From contig CAWCBP010000008.1 in the NCBI GenBank assembly GCA_963793865.1, positions 640,001 through 704,000 of the forward strand: 64,000 nt of DNA. The letters run 5' to 3'. Below are positions 10,041 to 19,201 of this stretch, in pieces. The DNA is from an uncultured delta proteobacterium. Its GTDB lineage: Bacteria > Desulfobacterota > WTBG01. The notes under the pieces are model-generated. The model saw nothing but the letters and a program-made list of their open reading frames with translations, was not told where the DNA came from and did no database searches. Each line of letters opens with the position of its first letter. Positions within the stretch are counted from its first letter, which is position 1. A program made the translations under genes and the position numbers.

Positions 10041-10225
10041 ATATTACTACCATAGTTGAAGCGTTATGTCAAGCCCGGCGGCAAGAGGGGGACGCCCTTA
10101 AAATTCTAAGTTTCCAAAGTTATACTGAAACAGCCGATCTCTTGTGCTCAGGCAAAGGGGGGACGCTCTTAATAAAATAAATTTCCAAGGTAGTACGGTA
10201 TGTCAGGAACTTGGATCTCTATTGT

Positions 10226-10297
10226 TGTCACCCTGAACGAAGTGAAGGGTCTCATATACTTGAAAAGAAGAGATTCTTCGCGGTGATCAGAATGACA
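10226..10297. repeat. Palindromic miniature repeat element (TGTCA...TGACA type)
   Basis: tgtcaccctga..gtgaagggtctc / gagattcttcgc..tcagaatgaca. Confidence 0.65.
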
Positions 10298-10345
10298 GAC
10301 TCGGCTAGCATAAATGAAGACATTGGTGCAGAGATTGTTCGTTTG

Positions 10346-10373
10346 GTAAGGGCGTATTGCAATACGCCCCTAC
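10346..10373. repeat. GTAG-family REP variant GGGCGTATTGCAATACGCCC
   Basis: Palindrome; related copies at about 11218-11242, 23037-23058 and 60236. Confidence 0.8.
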
Positions 10374-10397
10374 GTTCCCTCTGCCATTATATTTGTC

Positions 10398-10441
10398 TTG
10401 CTCTAATCTTTAAACTGAATTAGAATCTTACCGGTAAGATT
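10398..10441 (+). promoter_or_regulatory. Promoter and palindromic operator of the antitoxin gene
   Basis: TTGCTC, 17 nt, TAGAAT, overlapped by the perfect 18-bp palindrome AATCTTACCGGTAAGATT (10424-10441). Confidence 0.7.
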
Positions 10442-10467
10442 AACCAGCAATGGAAGGAGAATAGTCC

Positions 10468-10731
10468 ATGGCCCAGTTAGCAACAACAAAAATGTCATCA
10501 AAAGGACAGGTTGTTATACCAGAGGAAATCAGGAAGAGGCTTAAACTAAAAACGGGTGCTCAGTTCGTTGTCTTAGGCGATAAAGATGTGGTGATTTTAA
10601 AGTCCATCGCCCCACCCTCAATGGCTGATTTCGGAAATCTTATCCAAAAGGCACGAAGCCAGGGAAAGAAAGCAGGCATAAAGCGCTCGGACATAGCAGC
10701 GGCGGTTTCTAAGGCTCGAGGCGAAAAGTGA
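10468..10731 (+). CDS. AbrB/MazE/SpoVT-family DNA-binding protein (antitoxin)
   Basis: TKMSSKGQVVIPEEIRKRL.LK.G signature; RBS AAGGAG. Confidence 0.9.
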   Translation: MAQLATTKMSSKGQVVIPEEIRKRLKLKTGAQFVVLGDKDVVILKSIAPPSMADFGNLIQKARSQGKKAGIKRSDIAAAVSKARGEK

Positions 10732-10745
10732 GAGTCGTTGCTTAA
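10728..10745 (+). pseudogene. Probable 5' stub of a PIN-family toxin (MRVVA*)
   Basis: GTGA start/stop overlap with the antitoxin; MRVV matches the usual PIN start MRVVLDTN; an abrupt GC drop follows. Confidence 0.45.
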
Positions 10746-10761
10746 TATGGAGTAAGTTTTA

Positions 10762-11139
10762 GTGAAGAAAATTCAAGCAACTAGAAGAAATATTTACGTA
10801 TCAGTTATTGGATCCACGATCCTTTTAATAGCTCAATTTATGGGTTTATATAATATTTTATTTAAAATAGTTCATACTAATTATTTGAAGAGTGGCGTGA
10901 TTCTGTTTCTAGGTGGGATAATTGTTTTTAATACAAGGAAGTATTTTGAAGAATCAGCATTGGATTATAAGTGCTTTCAGTTAATAGGATTATCCTCATG
11001 TTTGTCTGGGATGGGATCAATAATATTTTATTTCATAAACATCATTGCAATAACAGTAATATTTTTTGTTGTGTCAATTATTTGCATTTTCATGGCTTTA
11101 CTTACTAGCATTCGTGGTTTAATGGCATACGGGAAATAA
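10762..11139 (+). CDS. AT-rich hypothetical membrane protein (about 4 TM segments)
   Basis: 125 aa with four hydrophobic segments; 16 of 60 bases are G/C in 10801-10860. Confidence 0.6.
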   Translation: MKKIQATRRNIYVSVIGSTILLIAQFMGLYNILFKIVHTNYLKSGVILFLGGIIVFNTRKYFEESALDYKCFQLIGLSSCLSGMGSIIFYFINIIAITVIFFVVSIICIFMALLTSIRGLMAYGK

Positions 11140-11337
11140 AGATAGAGATCCAAAGGCATTATATTTAAGGTGTTGACTTAATAAAAAGAAACAAACGTGT
11201 GGCACTTTTTTTGTCTTGTAGGGGCGTAGTGCAATACGCCCCAGTTTTTCTGAAATGCGATTAATTGAATAATAACGGTCGTCCCCTAAGATGCTGAAAA
11301 AACCATTGACATTAGGTATCCCTTCAGATAAATCATA

Positions 11338-11512
11338 ATCCTGCCTGTGACATAGAGCGCCACAAAGGAAAGATGGTGCAAATCCATCACTGCCCCGCAG
11401 CTGTAAGTGGGGACGAAATCTCCCGGAACAAGCCACTGCCGTAGCAGGTGAAGGCGGGAAGGCGGGAGAGAGTAGGATGATCCACGAGTCAGAAAACCTT
11501 ACCAGCAGAGGA
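11338..11512 (+). ncRNA. Cobalamin (B12) riboswitch
   Basis: AGGAAAGATGGTGCAAATCCATCACTGCCCCGCAGCTGTAA, GCCACTG..GGGAAGGC and B12 box GAGTCAGAAAACCT; upstream of hem/cbi genes. Confidence 0.92.
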
Positions 11513-11560
11513 TCATACTTCCGAGGGGAAGATGACTGGTTCAAGGAACCTTTGTTGACA

Positions 11561-11598
11561 ACACCCTTTCCCTCTCTGGAGGAAAGGGTGTTTTTTTT
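11561..11598 (+). terminator. Riboswitch expression-platform terminator
   Basis: ACACCCTTTCC..GGAAAGGGTGT followed by a T-run, about 40 nt before hemA. Confidence 0.85.
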
Positions 11599-11640
11599 CG
11601 CTGTGGATTCCGCTGAAACAGAAGGACCTTTCTCGCACAC

Positions 11641-12678
11641 ATGAAAACCATGACCATGCCTTTACGCCTCTTTGTGCTGGGCGTCAATCACCGGACGGCA
11701 CCGCTTTCAGTTCGGGAACAGCTGTCCTTTACCCCCACAAAGCTTAAAGATGCCCTGGGCCGGCTCAAATGCTGCGAGGATGTTGTGGGCGGTGCGATTC
11801 TCTCCACCTGCAACAGGTCGGAGGTTTATGTTACCAGCCGCTCACCGTTTTTTACCGGCGATTATATCAAACAGTTTATAAGCGATGTGCACCGGATCGA
11901 CGCCGGGGATTTCGCGGGCAGCTTTTACGAGCTTGAGAACAAGGATGTCATCGAGCATCTCTACCGGGTATCGTCCGGGCTCGACTCCCAACTGCTGGGC
12001 GAAAATGAAATTCTGGGACAGGTGAAGCATGCCTATGATGAAGCGCGGTCAGCCCGGGCGAGCGACCCGCTTCTTGAACGGGTTTTTGACGGCGCCATTA
12101 AAATGGGAAGGAAGGTTCGGCGGGAGACCGCCATCAACCGGGGCAGCACTTCTTTAAGCAGCATGGCCATAAAGCTGGCGGAAAAAAGGGCGGACCTGCA
12201 GCGCCAGACCATTCTCCTGGTAGGCGTCAATAAAATCAATGAGCAGATCGCCCAGTATCTCCGCGAGCGCGGGATACGCACGGTGATTGTTGCCAACCGC
12301 ACCTATGATAAAGCCGCAGCCATCGCGCAATACCTGGGAGGCCGGGCGATTCACTTTGATGAGTTCAAGCGCGAGCTGCACCGGGTGGACATCATCGTCA
12401 GCACGACCGCCGCTCCCCATGTTATCCTGAGGAAGGACGAGGTAGAGGCATCGATGAAAAAAAGAAAGCGGCCGCTGCTCATCATTGACATGGCGGTGCC
12501 GCGTGATGTCGAGCCTGATACCGGTGCCCTTGAGAATGTTACCCTTTACAGCCTTGAAGATTTCAACCAGATCATCGAGGAAAACCTTGGCAGGAAACGG
12601 CAGGAGGCTCACAAGGCTGAATATCTGATCAGGCAGGCCCTTGCAAAGATAGACCTCAATGAACTCTCGCGCCAGTAA
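11641..12678 (+). CDS. hemA: Glutamyl-tRNA reductase (short, atypical)
   Basis: GVNHRTAP..VRE, STCNRSE, SGLDS..GE..ILGQVK, ANRT, DMAVPRDVE. Confidence 0.92.
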   Translation: MKTMTMPLRLFVLGVNHRTAPLSVREQLSFTPTKLKDALGRLKCCEDVVGGAILSTCNRSEVYVTSRSPFFTGDYIKQFISDVHRIDAGDFAGSFYELENKDVIEHLYRVSSGLDSQLLGENEILGQVKHAYDEARSARASDPLLERVFDGAIKMGRKVRRETAINRGSTSLSSMAIKLAEKRADLQRQTILLVGVNKINEQIAQYLRERGIRTVIVANRTYDKAAAIAQYLGGRAIHFDEFKRELHRVDIIVSTTAAPHVILRKDEVEASMKKRKRPLLIIDMAVPRDVEPDTGALENVTLYSLEDFNQIIEENLGRKRQEAHKAEYLIRQALAKIDLNELSRQ

Positions 12679-13966
12679 TCTTCATTCCCGGCAGCTGTAC
12701 CGGCAGTCGCTTAAGTTCCTGCCCGGCGGGGTGAACAGCCCGGTGCGGGCCTTCCGTGCGGTTGGAGGAAACCCGGTTTTTATCTCCCGGGCAAAAGGCG
12801 CCTATCTCTTCGACGTCGACGGCAACCGCTACCTTGATTATGTCGGTTCCTGGGGGCCGGCCATCGTCGGTCATGCCCATCCCCGGGTGGTAAAAAAAGT
12901 TCGGGAAGCCGCCGCTGAAGGATTAAGCTTCGGTGCGGCCACCGAGAGGGAACTTGTCCTTGCACGCCTTATCCGCAGCGGGTTTCCCGACATGGAAAAG
13001 CTGCGCCTGGTTAATTCAGGTACCGAAGCTGCCATGTCAGCCATCCGGCTCGCGCGTGCCTGTAACGGAAGAACGCGGATTGTCAAATTCGACGGCTGCT
13101 ATCATGGCCATGCGGACAGCTTCCTGGTAAAGGCCGGTTCCGGTTCAATGACCTTCGGTAGTGCCGACAGCGCGGGAGTTCCCCCGGGGGTAGCGCGGGA
13201 TACCATAAGCATCCCCTTTAATGACGGGGAGGCGGTGGAAAGAATTTTCAAAAAAAGCGGAGAGAAGATTGCGGCCCTGATCGTGGAGCCCGTCCCGGCC
13301 AACATGGGGCTGGTGCTTCCGGAACCCGGCTTTCTCCGGCTGCTCCGGGAGGTGACCAGCCACTATGGCTCGCTGCTTGTTTTTGACGAGGTCATCAGCG
13401 GTTTCCGGGTCTGCTTCGGCGGGGCGCAGCACTGGTATGGCGTTACCCCTGATCTTACCTGCCTGGGGAAGATTGTCGGCGGGGGATTGCCCGTCGGTGC
13501 CTACGGCGGCAGGAGGGAGATTATGGATCTCGTTTCTCCCCTGGGACCGGTGTACCAGGCAGGGACGCTCTCGGGCAACCCGCTTGCAACCGCGGCCGGC
13601 ATTGAGACGCTGACCATACTTTCACAATCGCAAGGTGCCTATGAAAAAATCGATGACATCACCGCGACACTCTGCAAAGGCATGGGAGAAATAATCAGCA
13701 GGCGCGGCGTATCTGCCCGGGTCAATCGCCTGGGTTCTCTTTTCACCCTCTTTTTTTCGGGGAAGCAGGTCAAGGATTACCGGCAGGCGCGGTGTTGTGA
13801 TCTCAAGGCCTTCGCCCGCTATTTCCATGGTATGCTAAAGGGCGGCATCTATGTTCCCCCATCGCAGTTCGAGACCAATTTCGTGTCCATGGCGCACGCC
13901 CGGAAAGACATCGAAAAGACCCTTGATGTAATGGATCGGGTGTTGCGTTCAATTCGAAAAAAGTAG
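12659..13966 (+). CDS. hemL: Glutamate-1-semialdehyde 2,1-aminomutase
   Basis: PGGVNSPVRAF, SGTEA, GCYHGH, FDEV, GKIVGGG, QAGTLSGNP. Confidence 0.97.
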   Translation: MNSRASNLHSRQLYRQSLKFLPGGVNSPVRAFRAVGGNPVFISRAKGAYLFDVDGNRYLDYVGSWGPAIVGHAHPRVVKKVREAAAEGLSFGAATERELVLARLIRSGFPDMEKLRLVNSGTEAAMSAIRLARACNGRTRIVKFDGCYHGHADSFLVKAGSGSMTFGSADSAGVPPGVARDTISIPFNDGEAVERIFKKSGEKIAALIVEPVPANMGLVLPEPGFLRLLREVTSHYGSLLVFDEVISGFRVCFGGAQHWYGVTPDLTCLGKIVGGGLPVGAYGGRREIMDLVSPLGPVYQAGTLSGNPLATAAGIETLTILSQSQGAYEKIDDITATLCKGMGEIISRRGVSARVNRLGSLFTLFFSGKQVKDYRQARCCDLKAFARYFHGMLKGGIYVPPSQFETNFVSMAHARKDIEKTLDVMDRVLRSIRKK

Positions 13967-13992
13967 AGGGGCGACCGGCCGGTCGCCCCTAC
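13963..13992. repeat. GTAG-family REP palindrome at the hemL stop
   Basis: ggggcgaccggccggtcgcccctac. Confidence 0.85.
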
Positions 13993-14014
13993 AATTGAAT
14001 AAAAAGACTAACTT

Positions 14015-14650
14015 ATGCCGGCGTACTATCCCCTGCATCTCTCTATCGCGGGTAAAAAATGCCTGGTGGTCGGCGGCGGCAGGACCGCGGCGCGTAAGAT
14101 CGCGACCCTGCTTCGCTGCGGCGGCCGGGTGACGGTGGTTTCCCCTGAAACGGTCCCTGCCATCCGCGCGCTCGCACGTCGCGAAAAGATACAGTGGCGT
14201 AAAAGACGGTTCAGGGCATCTGACTGCACGGGCGCATTTCTCATGTTCGCCGCCACCGACAGCGCTGAAACAAACCGCAGCATAGCCCGGCTGGCAAAGG
14301 AAAAATCCATTCCGGTCAACGTGGCGGACAGCCCTGCAGACTGTGATTTCATTGTTCCCGCCCTAGTGGAGCGCGGGCCGCTTACCATTAGCATTGCAAC
14401 CGAAGGCCTTGCTCCGGCTCTGTCCCGAAAGATACGCATGGATCTGGAGCGCTCTTTCGGACCGGAGTATATTCGCTATACCCGGCTCATCGGAGAAGCG
14501 CGAAGCGCGATCGTCAAAAACGCACAATTGACCGGGAAGAAAAAAAGAAAAGCGCTACAATCCCTGCTGTCATTACCCATCAGGGAACGGCTTACCCGGG
14601 GGGAAAAGATCTCCCGGCGCGATGTCCTGAATAAGCTGGGGGTCAACTAA
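14015..14650 (+). CDS. sirC: Precorrin-2 dehydrogenase (SirC / CysG N-terminal)
   Basis: LVVGGG..A.RK, VNVADSP..CDF.VPA, IATEG.APAL. Confidence 0.9.
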   Translation: MPAYYPLHLSIAGKKCLVVGGGRTAARKIATLLRCGGRVTVVSPETVPAIRALARREKIQWRKRRFRASDCTGAFLMFAATDSAETNRSIARLAKEKSIPVNVADSPADCDFIVPALVERGPLTISIATEGLAPALSRKIRMDLERSFGPEYIRYTRLIGEARSAIVKNAQLTGKKKRKALQSLLSLPIRERLTRGEKISRRDVLNKLGVN

Positions 14651-15582
14651 TGGCCAGTGCACCGTTACGGATCGGCACGCGGGGAAGTCCGCTTGCCCTG
14701 GCGCAGGCCGGTTGGGTTAGGGATCATTTATTAAACTTCGATGAAAAGCGGCAGCTGGAAATCGTGCCCATCAAAACCTCTGGGGACCAGCACCCTTCCC
14801 GACCCCTGTCCCAACTGGGAGGAAAAGAGGCATTTACCCGTGAGATCGAAAAAGCGCTCCTCGCGTGCGAGATCGATCTGGCCGTGCACAGCATGAAGGA
14901 CCTTCCGGTCGTTCTTCCTCCCGGGCTTATGCTTGGAGCCATCACCGTGCGGGAAAACCCGCTTGATGTGTTTATTTCCCGGACCGGCGCGGACCTGGAA
15001 AGCCTTTCCGCCGGCGCCGCTGTCGCGACGGGCAGCCTGCGCAGGCGGGCCCAGCTGCTGCGCTATCGGCAGGATCTCGTCATCCGGGACATCCGCGGCA
15101 ATGTGGACACGCGGCTGAAAAAGCTCCATGACGGTTTTGCCGACGGGCTGGTACTGGCCGCCGCCGCGCTGAAACGTCTTGGCAGGGGTGACAGCATTGT
15201 TCAGTATCTGCATCCCGACATCTGCATTCCCGCTGCAGGGCAGGGCGCGCTCGGTATCGAGATACGAGAGGACAACCTGCCGCTCAAGGAGCTGCTTGCA
15301 ATGCTGCATGATCAGGAATCAGGCCTCACCGTCAGGGCGGAACGGTGCTTTTTGCATGCCCTTGGCGCCGGATGCCATACGCCGGCAGGCGCGTATGCGG
15401 AATTGAGTGGCGGCGAGATGCTGCTCAGAGGGTTTGTCTCTTCTCCGGACGGGAAGGAGATGGTTACCATGAAAATGCTCGGGCGCAGGGACGAGGGTGA
15501 AATTCTCGGAGAACTCCTGGCCCGCAGGGTATTGAAGGGCGGGGGAAGCAGCCTGCTGGCGGAAACGCGGGGGGAGCCATGA
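14650..15582 (+). CDS. hemC: Hydroxymethylbilane synthase
   Basis: GTRGSPLALAQ, AVHSMKD, SLRRRAQ, RGNVDTRL, GCHTP. Confidence 0.97.
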   Translation: MASAPLRIGTRGSPLALAQAGWVRDHLLNFDEKRQLEIVPIKTSGDQHPSRPLSQLGGKEAFTREIEKALLACEIDLAVHSMKDLPVVLPPGLMLGAITVRENPLDVFISRTGADLESLSAGAAVATGSLRRRAQLLRYRQDLVIRDIRGNVDTRLKKLHDGFADGLVLAAAALKRLGRGDSIVQYLHPDICIPAAGQGALGIEIREDNLPLKELLAMLHDQESGLTVRAERCFLHALGAGCHTPAGAYAELSGGEMLLRGFVSSPDGKEMVTMKMLGRRDEGEILGELLARRVLKGGGSSLLAETRGEP

Positions 15583-17123
15583 GCAGATCCCCGGGAAAAG
15601 TTTATATCGTCGGCGCCGGACCGGGTGATCCCGGGCTCATCACCCTCAAGGCCATGCGACTCATCGGGGAGGCTGATGTCATCGTCTATGATCACCTGGT
15701 CAATCAACGGATCCTTAAGTACGCCCAGCCGCAGGCGAGAATGATTGACGCGGGAAAAGAGGCGGGGCACAAGATGCTTGAACAGGCAGCGATCAACCGG
15801 CTGCTGGTCAAGGAGGCAAAGAGCGGCAGGACGGTGGTCCGGCTCAAGGGCGGGGACCCCTTCATTTTCGGCCGCGGCGGGGAAGAGTGCAAAGCGCTGG
15901 CTGTGCGCGGCATTCCCTTTGAGGTCATACCCGGAGTCTCCTCGGCGGTGGCCGCCCCGGCATATGCGGGCATCCCGCTGACCCATCGCGCCTGTGCCTC
16001 TTCGGTCGCCCTGGTTACCGGCCATGAGGATCCCGCCAAGAAGGCCCCCACGGTGGACTTTAAGAAACTGGCCCGGGCGGTTGATACGGTTGTCTGCCTC
16101 ATGGGTGTGAAGACAATGGAGCGGACCGTGCGGGAACTCAGAGCGGGAGGCGCGCTGCCTGAAACACCGGTTGCGGTTATTGAACAGGGGACCTATCCTC
16201 ATCAACGAGTGGTAGAGGGGACGCTTGACACCATCATTGCCCGGGTGAATCGTAAGGATATCAGGCCCCCGGCGGTGATGGTGGTAGGGAAGGTGGCACA
16301 GCTCCGCAGGCAGATAGCCTGGTTTGAATCACTGCCGCTTTATAATAGAACCATTGTAGTTACCCGTGCTGAAGAGCAGGCGGACACGCTGGCAGATCTG
16401 CTGGAGGGGGCTGGCGCCCGGGTGATATGCTTTCCCACCATAGAGATCGGACCGCCCCGCAGCTATGGGAAGCTCGATGGTGCGCTGCGGCGATTGCGGG
16501 ACTACGATTATCTTGTCTTTACCAGCGTTAATGGGGTAAAGGCGTTTGTCTCGCGGATAGAGTTCCTGAAATTAAATAGAGAACTGCTCTGCGGCGTGAC
16601 CATTGCCGCCCTGGGGGAGATGACCGCACAGGCGCTTCGTACTCACGGCATTACCCCCGGCATTGTACCGGCTGTGTTTACCTCGCGACATCTGGCTGAC
16701 GCATTCAGAGGCGAGCAGATGCAGGAAAAAAAGGTGCTGCTGGTGCGATCAGATATCGCCGGTGATCTGCTGCCGCGGGCGCTTAAAAAGATGGGCGCCC
16801 TGGTCGACAACGTGTGCAGCTACAGCATACGGAAGCCGCGGGTGAAGGCAGGGGAAGTGAAGCGCCTCATGCAGAAGGAAACGATTGATTGCATCACCTT
16901 CACCAGCCCTTCAACTTTTGTTAATTTTATGTCGCTTATGAAAGAAACGCCGGTAAAACACTTGTTGAAGAAAACAGCGGTGGCCGCTATCGGACCGGTA
17001 ACCCGGCAGGAGATTGCGAAGCACGGTATCAAGGTGAGCATCACCGCCTCTTCCCACACCATACCGGGCTTGGCAAAGGCCATAATCACCTACTACGGCA
17101 CAAAGAAAAAACGGGAGAATTAG
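15579..17123 (+). CDS. cobA: Fused uroporphyrinogen-III C-methyltransferase / synthase (CobA-HemD)
   Basis: GAGPGDPGLIT, RLKGGDPFIFGRGGEE; C-terminal half has VVTR, FTSVNGV, FTSPST, IGPVT. Confidence 0.95.
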   Translation: MSRSPGKVYIVGAGPGDPGLITLKAMRLIGEADVIVYDHLVNQRILKYAQPQARMIDAGKEAGHKMLEQAAINRLLVKEAKSGRTVVRLKGGDPFIFGRGGEECKALAVRGIPFEVIPGVSSAVAAPAYAGIPLTHRACASSVALVTGHEDPAKKAPTVDFKKLARAVDTVVCLMGVKTMERTVRELRAGGALPETPVAVIEQGTYPHQRVVEGTLDTIIARVNRKDIRPPAVMVVGKVAQLRRQIAWFESLPLYNRTIVVTRAEEQADTLADLLEGAGARVICFPTIEIGPPRSYGKLDGALRRLRDYDYLVFTSVNGVKAFVSRIEFLKLNRELLCGVTIAALGEMTAQALRTHGITPGIVPAVFTSRHLADAFRGEQMQEKKVLLVRSDIAGDLLPRALKKMGALVDNVCSYSIRKPRVKAGEVKRLMQKETIDCITFTSPSTFVNFMSLMKETPVKHLLKKTAVAAIGPVTRQEIAKHGIKVSITASSHTIPGLAKAIITYYGTKKKREN

Positions 17124-17124
17124 T

Positions 17125-18102
17125 ATGGCTTTTCCGCAGCAGAGGTTGCGGCGGTTACGGGCAAAGGAGCCTTTGAGGCGGATGCTGAGAGAAACCCGCC
17201 TTGCCGCTGATGACTTCATCTATCCGCTTTTTCTCAAAGAAGGGGCGGGTGATAAATCTGAAATATCCTCCATGCCCGGCGTGTACCATCATTCATTGAA
17301 TTCGCTGCTTAAGGAGCTGGAGGAAGTAAGCGCGCTCTCCATTCCCGCTATTCTTCTCTTCGGTCTGTCCGGCGGCAAGGATGAGACGGGTAGCGGGGCG
17401 TATGCATCACGCGGCATCGTGCAGCAAGGCATCAAGGCGATTAAGGCGTCATTCCCGGACCTGATGGTCATCACCGACATTTGTCTCTGCGCCTACACCA
17501 CCCATGGCCACTGCGGGATCATAGAAAATGGCAGGGTGGATAACGATAAGACACTGAGCATTCTTCAGAAGGTTGCCGTCAGCCACGCAGCGGCGGGCGC
17601 GGACATGGTCGCGCCTTCGGACATGATGGACGGCAGGGTGGGGGCCATACGGGCTGCGCTCGATGAGAACGGATACACGGAGCTTCCCATCATGTCCTAT
17701 GCCGCCAAGTTTGCCTCTCATTTTTACGGGCCTTTCCGCGAGGCGGCCGATTCCTCCCCCCGTTTCGGCGACCGGAAAAGCTACCAGATGGACCCGGCCA
17801 ATGCCGAGGAGGCACTTCGAGAAATTGCACTGGATATAGAAGAGGGCGCCGATATCATCATGGTCAAACCGGCGCTCGCCTATTTGGACATTATCTTCCG
17901 GGCCAAGGAAAGGTTCGGCTGCCCCTTGGCCGCGTACAATGTGAGCGGTGAGTATTCCATGGTAAAGGCGGCGGCGGCGCGGGGGATGCTTGATGAAAAA
18001 AACATCATGATCGAGCTGCTCCAGTCCATCAAGCGCGCGGGCGCGGATGTCATTATCACCTACTTTGCAAAGGAAGCAGCGAGGGTGTTGAAGGAGGGGT
18101 GA
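17125..18102 (+). CDS. hemB: Porphobilinogen synthase (Zn-type)
   Basis: DICLCAYTTHGHCG, APSDMMDGR, FYGPFREA, MVKPAL. Confidence 0.97.
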   Translation: MAFPQQRLRRLRAKEPLRRMLRETRLAADDFIYPLFLKEGAGDKSEISSMPGVYHHSLNSLLKELEEVSALSIPAILLFGLSGGKDETGSGAYASRGIVQQGIKAIKASFPDLMVITDICLCAYTTHGHCGIIENGRVDNDKTLSILQKVAVSHAAAGADMVAPSDMMDGRVGAIRAALDENGYTELPIMSYAAKFASHFYGPFREAADSSPRFGDRKSYQMDPANAEEALREIALDIEEGADIIMVKPALAYLDIIFRAKERFGCPLAAYNVSGEYSMVKAAAARGMLDEKNIMIELLQSIKRAGADVIITYFAKEAARVLKEG

Positions 18103-18310
18103 GATATGCGATGTGCGATCTGCGATGTGAGATAGGATGCAGAAGACAAAAAACCGGTAGGAGCGAGCTTCAGCTGCGATCTGTGCTGGGGGATGGGCGA
18201 TATGAGCTCTGTGATGTGTGTATGAGATTGTTTCAATATTTTCATCGATGGTTTTTTTATCACATATCTCAGATCGCAAATCTCACATCCGGCTTTGATC
18301 GCATATCATT
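18101..18310. repeat. Heptamer tandem-repeat array with an inverted counterpart, plus a GTAG REP at 18157-18180
   Basis: gagatatgcgatgtgcgatctgcgatgtgagat ... atcacatatctcagatcgcaaatctcacatc. Confidence 0.7.
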
Positions 18311-18344
18311 TTCGTACATTGACAATCATGATACTAATAAAAAA

Positions 18345-19169
18345 ATGACATTACAAACTCCACTTCCCCCAAACTACCAGATCGTCCTGGCTGCCTTCGG
18401 CACATCGATGGGTCCGAAGGCTGCCTACACCGGCATGCAGGTGCGATTCCAGGAGCGCTTCAGGCAGCGGATACCGGTGGGATTCACCTCGCGGGTGGGA
18501 GAGCCGAAGCTGAAGGAAGTTCTGGAGAGCCTCCCCGCGGACGGTGAGCTTGTGGTGGTAATTGCGCCGATTTTCATGGTTGAGGGACAGGTGGTCAAAC
18601 GTGACATTGTGGCGGCGGCCAAGGAATGCGAACATCGCTTCAAAGAGATACGCATTGCCCGGCCGCTGCTTCCTGATGACAGGGTATTCATGGTAGTCAA
18701 GCATGAAGTTGCATCGCGGCTGAAAAACGTTCCGCCCGGAGGGACAGGCATTATCTTTGTCGGTCACGGGACGCCGGATGAGCGGGCGGCGGAGATTTAC
18801 GGAGATTGCTCCCGGCAGGTTGATTCCCTCTTCGCGTCACCGTTCAAGGCCGCCTTCGGCAACCTGGAAAGCCCGGCACCCTACCTCGGCGAAAGCCTGG
18901 GGGAACTCATCATGAGCGGCATCGGGACTCTCCTGGTCCAGCCCTTCATGATTGTTCACGGCGTGCACATGCACGATGATGTCAAGGGGGCGCTGGAGGC
19001 GCAGGACCCGGACAATAAGCTGTTCCGCTTCCTGTTCCATCGTTACGGGGAGCCGGTAAAAGGGAGACTGAACGAAATCCGACGTATCTATATGCCGGGA
19101 CTGGGTGCTTACCCCGGCGTCTTCCAAATCTTTGCCGATCATACCCTGCAAGCACTGTCAGAGGGTTAA
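18345..19169 (+). CDS. cbiK: Sirohydrochlorin cobaltochelatase (CbiK/CbiX-type)
   Basis: LAAFGTS, FVGHGT, PFMIVHGVHMHDD. The track's N-terminal extension is translated repeat DNA; likely start 18345. Confidence 0.75.
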   Translation: MTLQTPLPPNYQIVLAAFGTSMGPKAAYTGMQVRFQERFRQRIPVGFTSRVGEPKLKEVLESLPADGELVVVIAPIFMVEGQVVKRDIVAAAKECEHRFKEIRIARPLLPDDRVFMVVKHEVASRLKNVPPGGTGIIFVGHGTPDERAAEIYGDCSRQVDSLFASPFKAAFGNLESPAPYLGESLGELIMSGIGTLLVQPFMIVHGVHMHDDVKGALEAQDPDNKLFRFLFHRYGEPVKGRLNEIRRIYMPGLGAYPGVFQIFADHTLQALSEG

Positions 19170-19201
19170 TCACTCACAGAACAGGAAAGGTATGTGACTC
19201 C

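Noticed and set aside
9836..10042. 68-aa ORF upstream of ychF
   Set aside because: It has no RBS and runs through a terminator and a REP.
10740..11290. Integron cassette explanation for the AT-rich ORF
   Set aside because: I found no convincing RYYYAAC..GTTRRRY attC site and there is no integrase in the window.
11119..11640. 173-aa minus-strand ORF
   Set aside because: It is antisense to the cobalamin riboswitch and terminator and is not protein-like.
18319..18340. Fur-like box upstream of cbiK
   Set aside because: Only about 12 of 19 positions match in AT-rich DNA, and symmetry is poor.
18099..18344. Cys-rich N-terminal extension of the chelatase ORF
   Set aside because: It is the translation of a heptamer repeat array and a REP; chelatase similarity starts after 18345.
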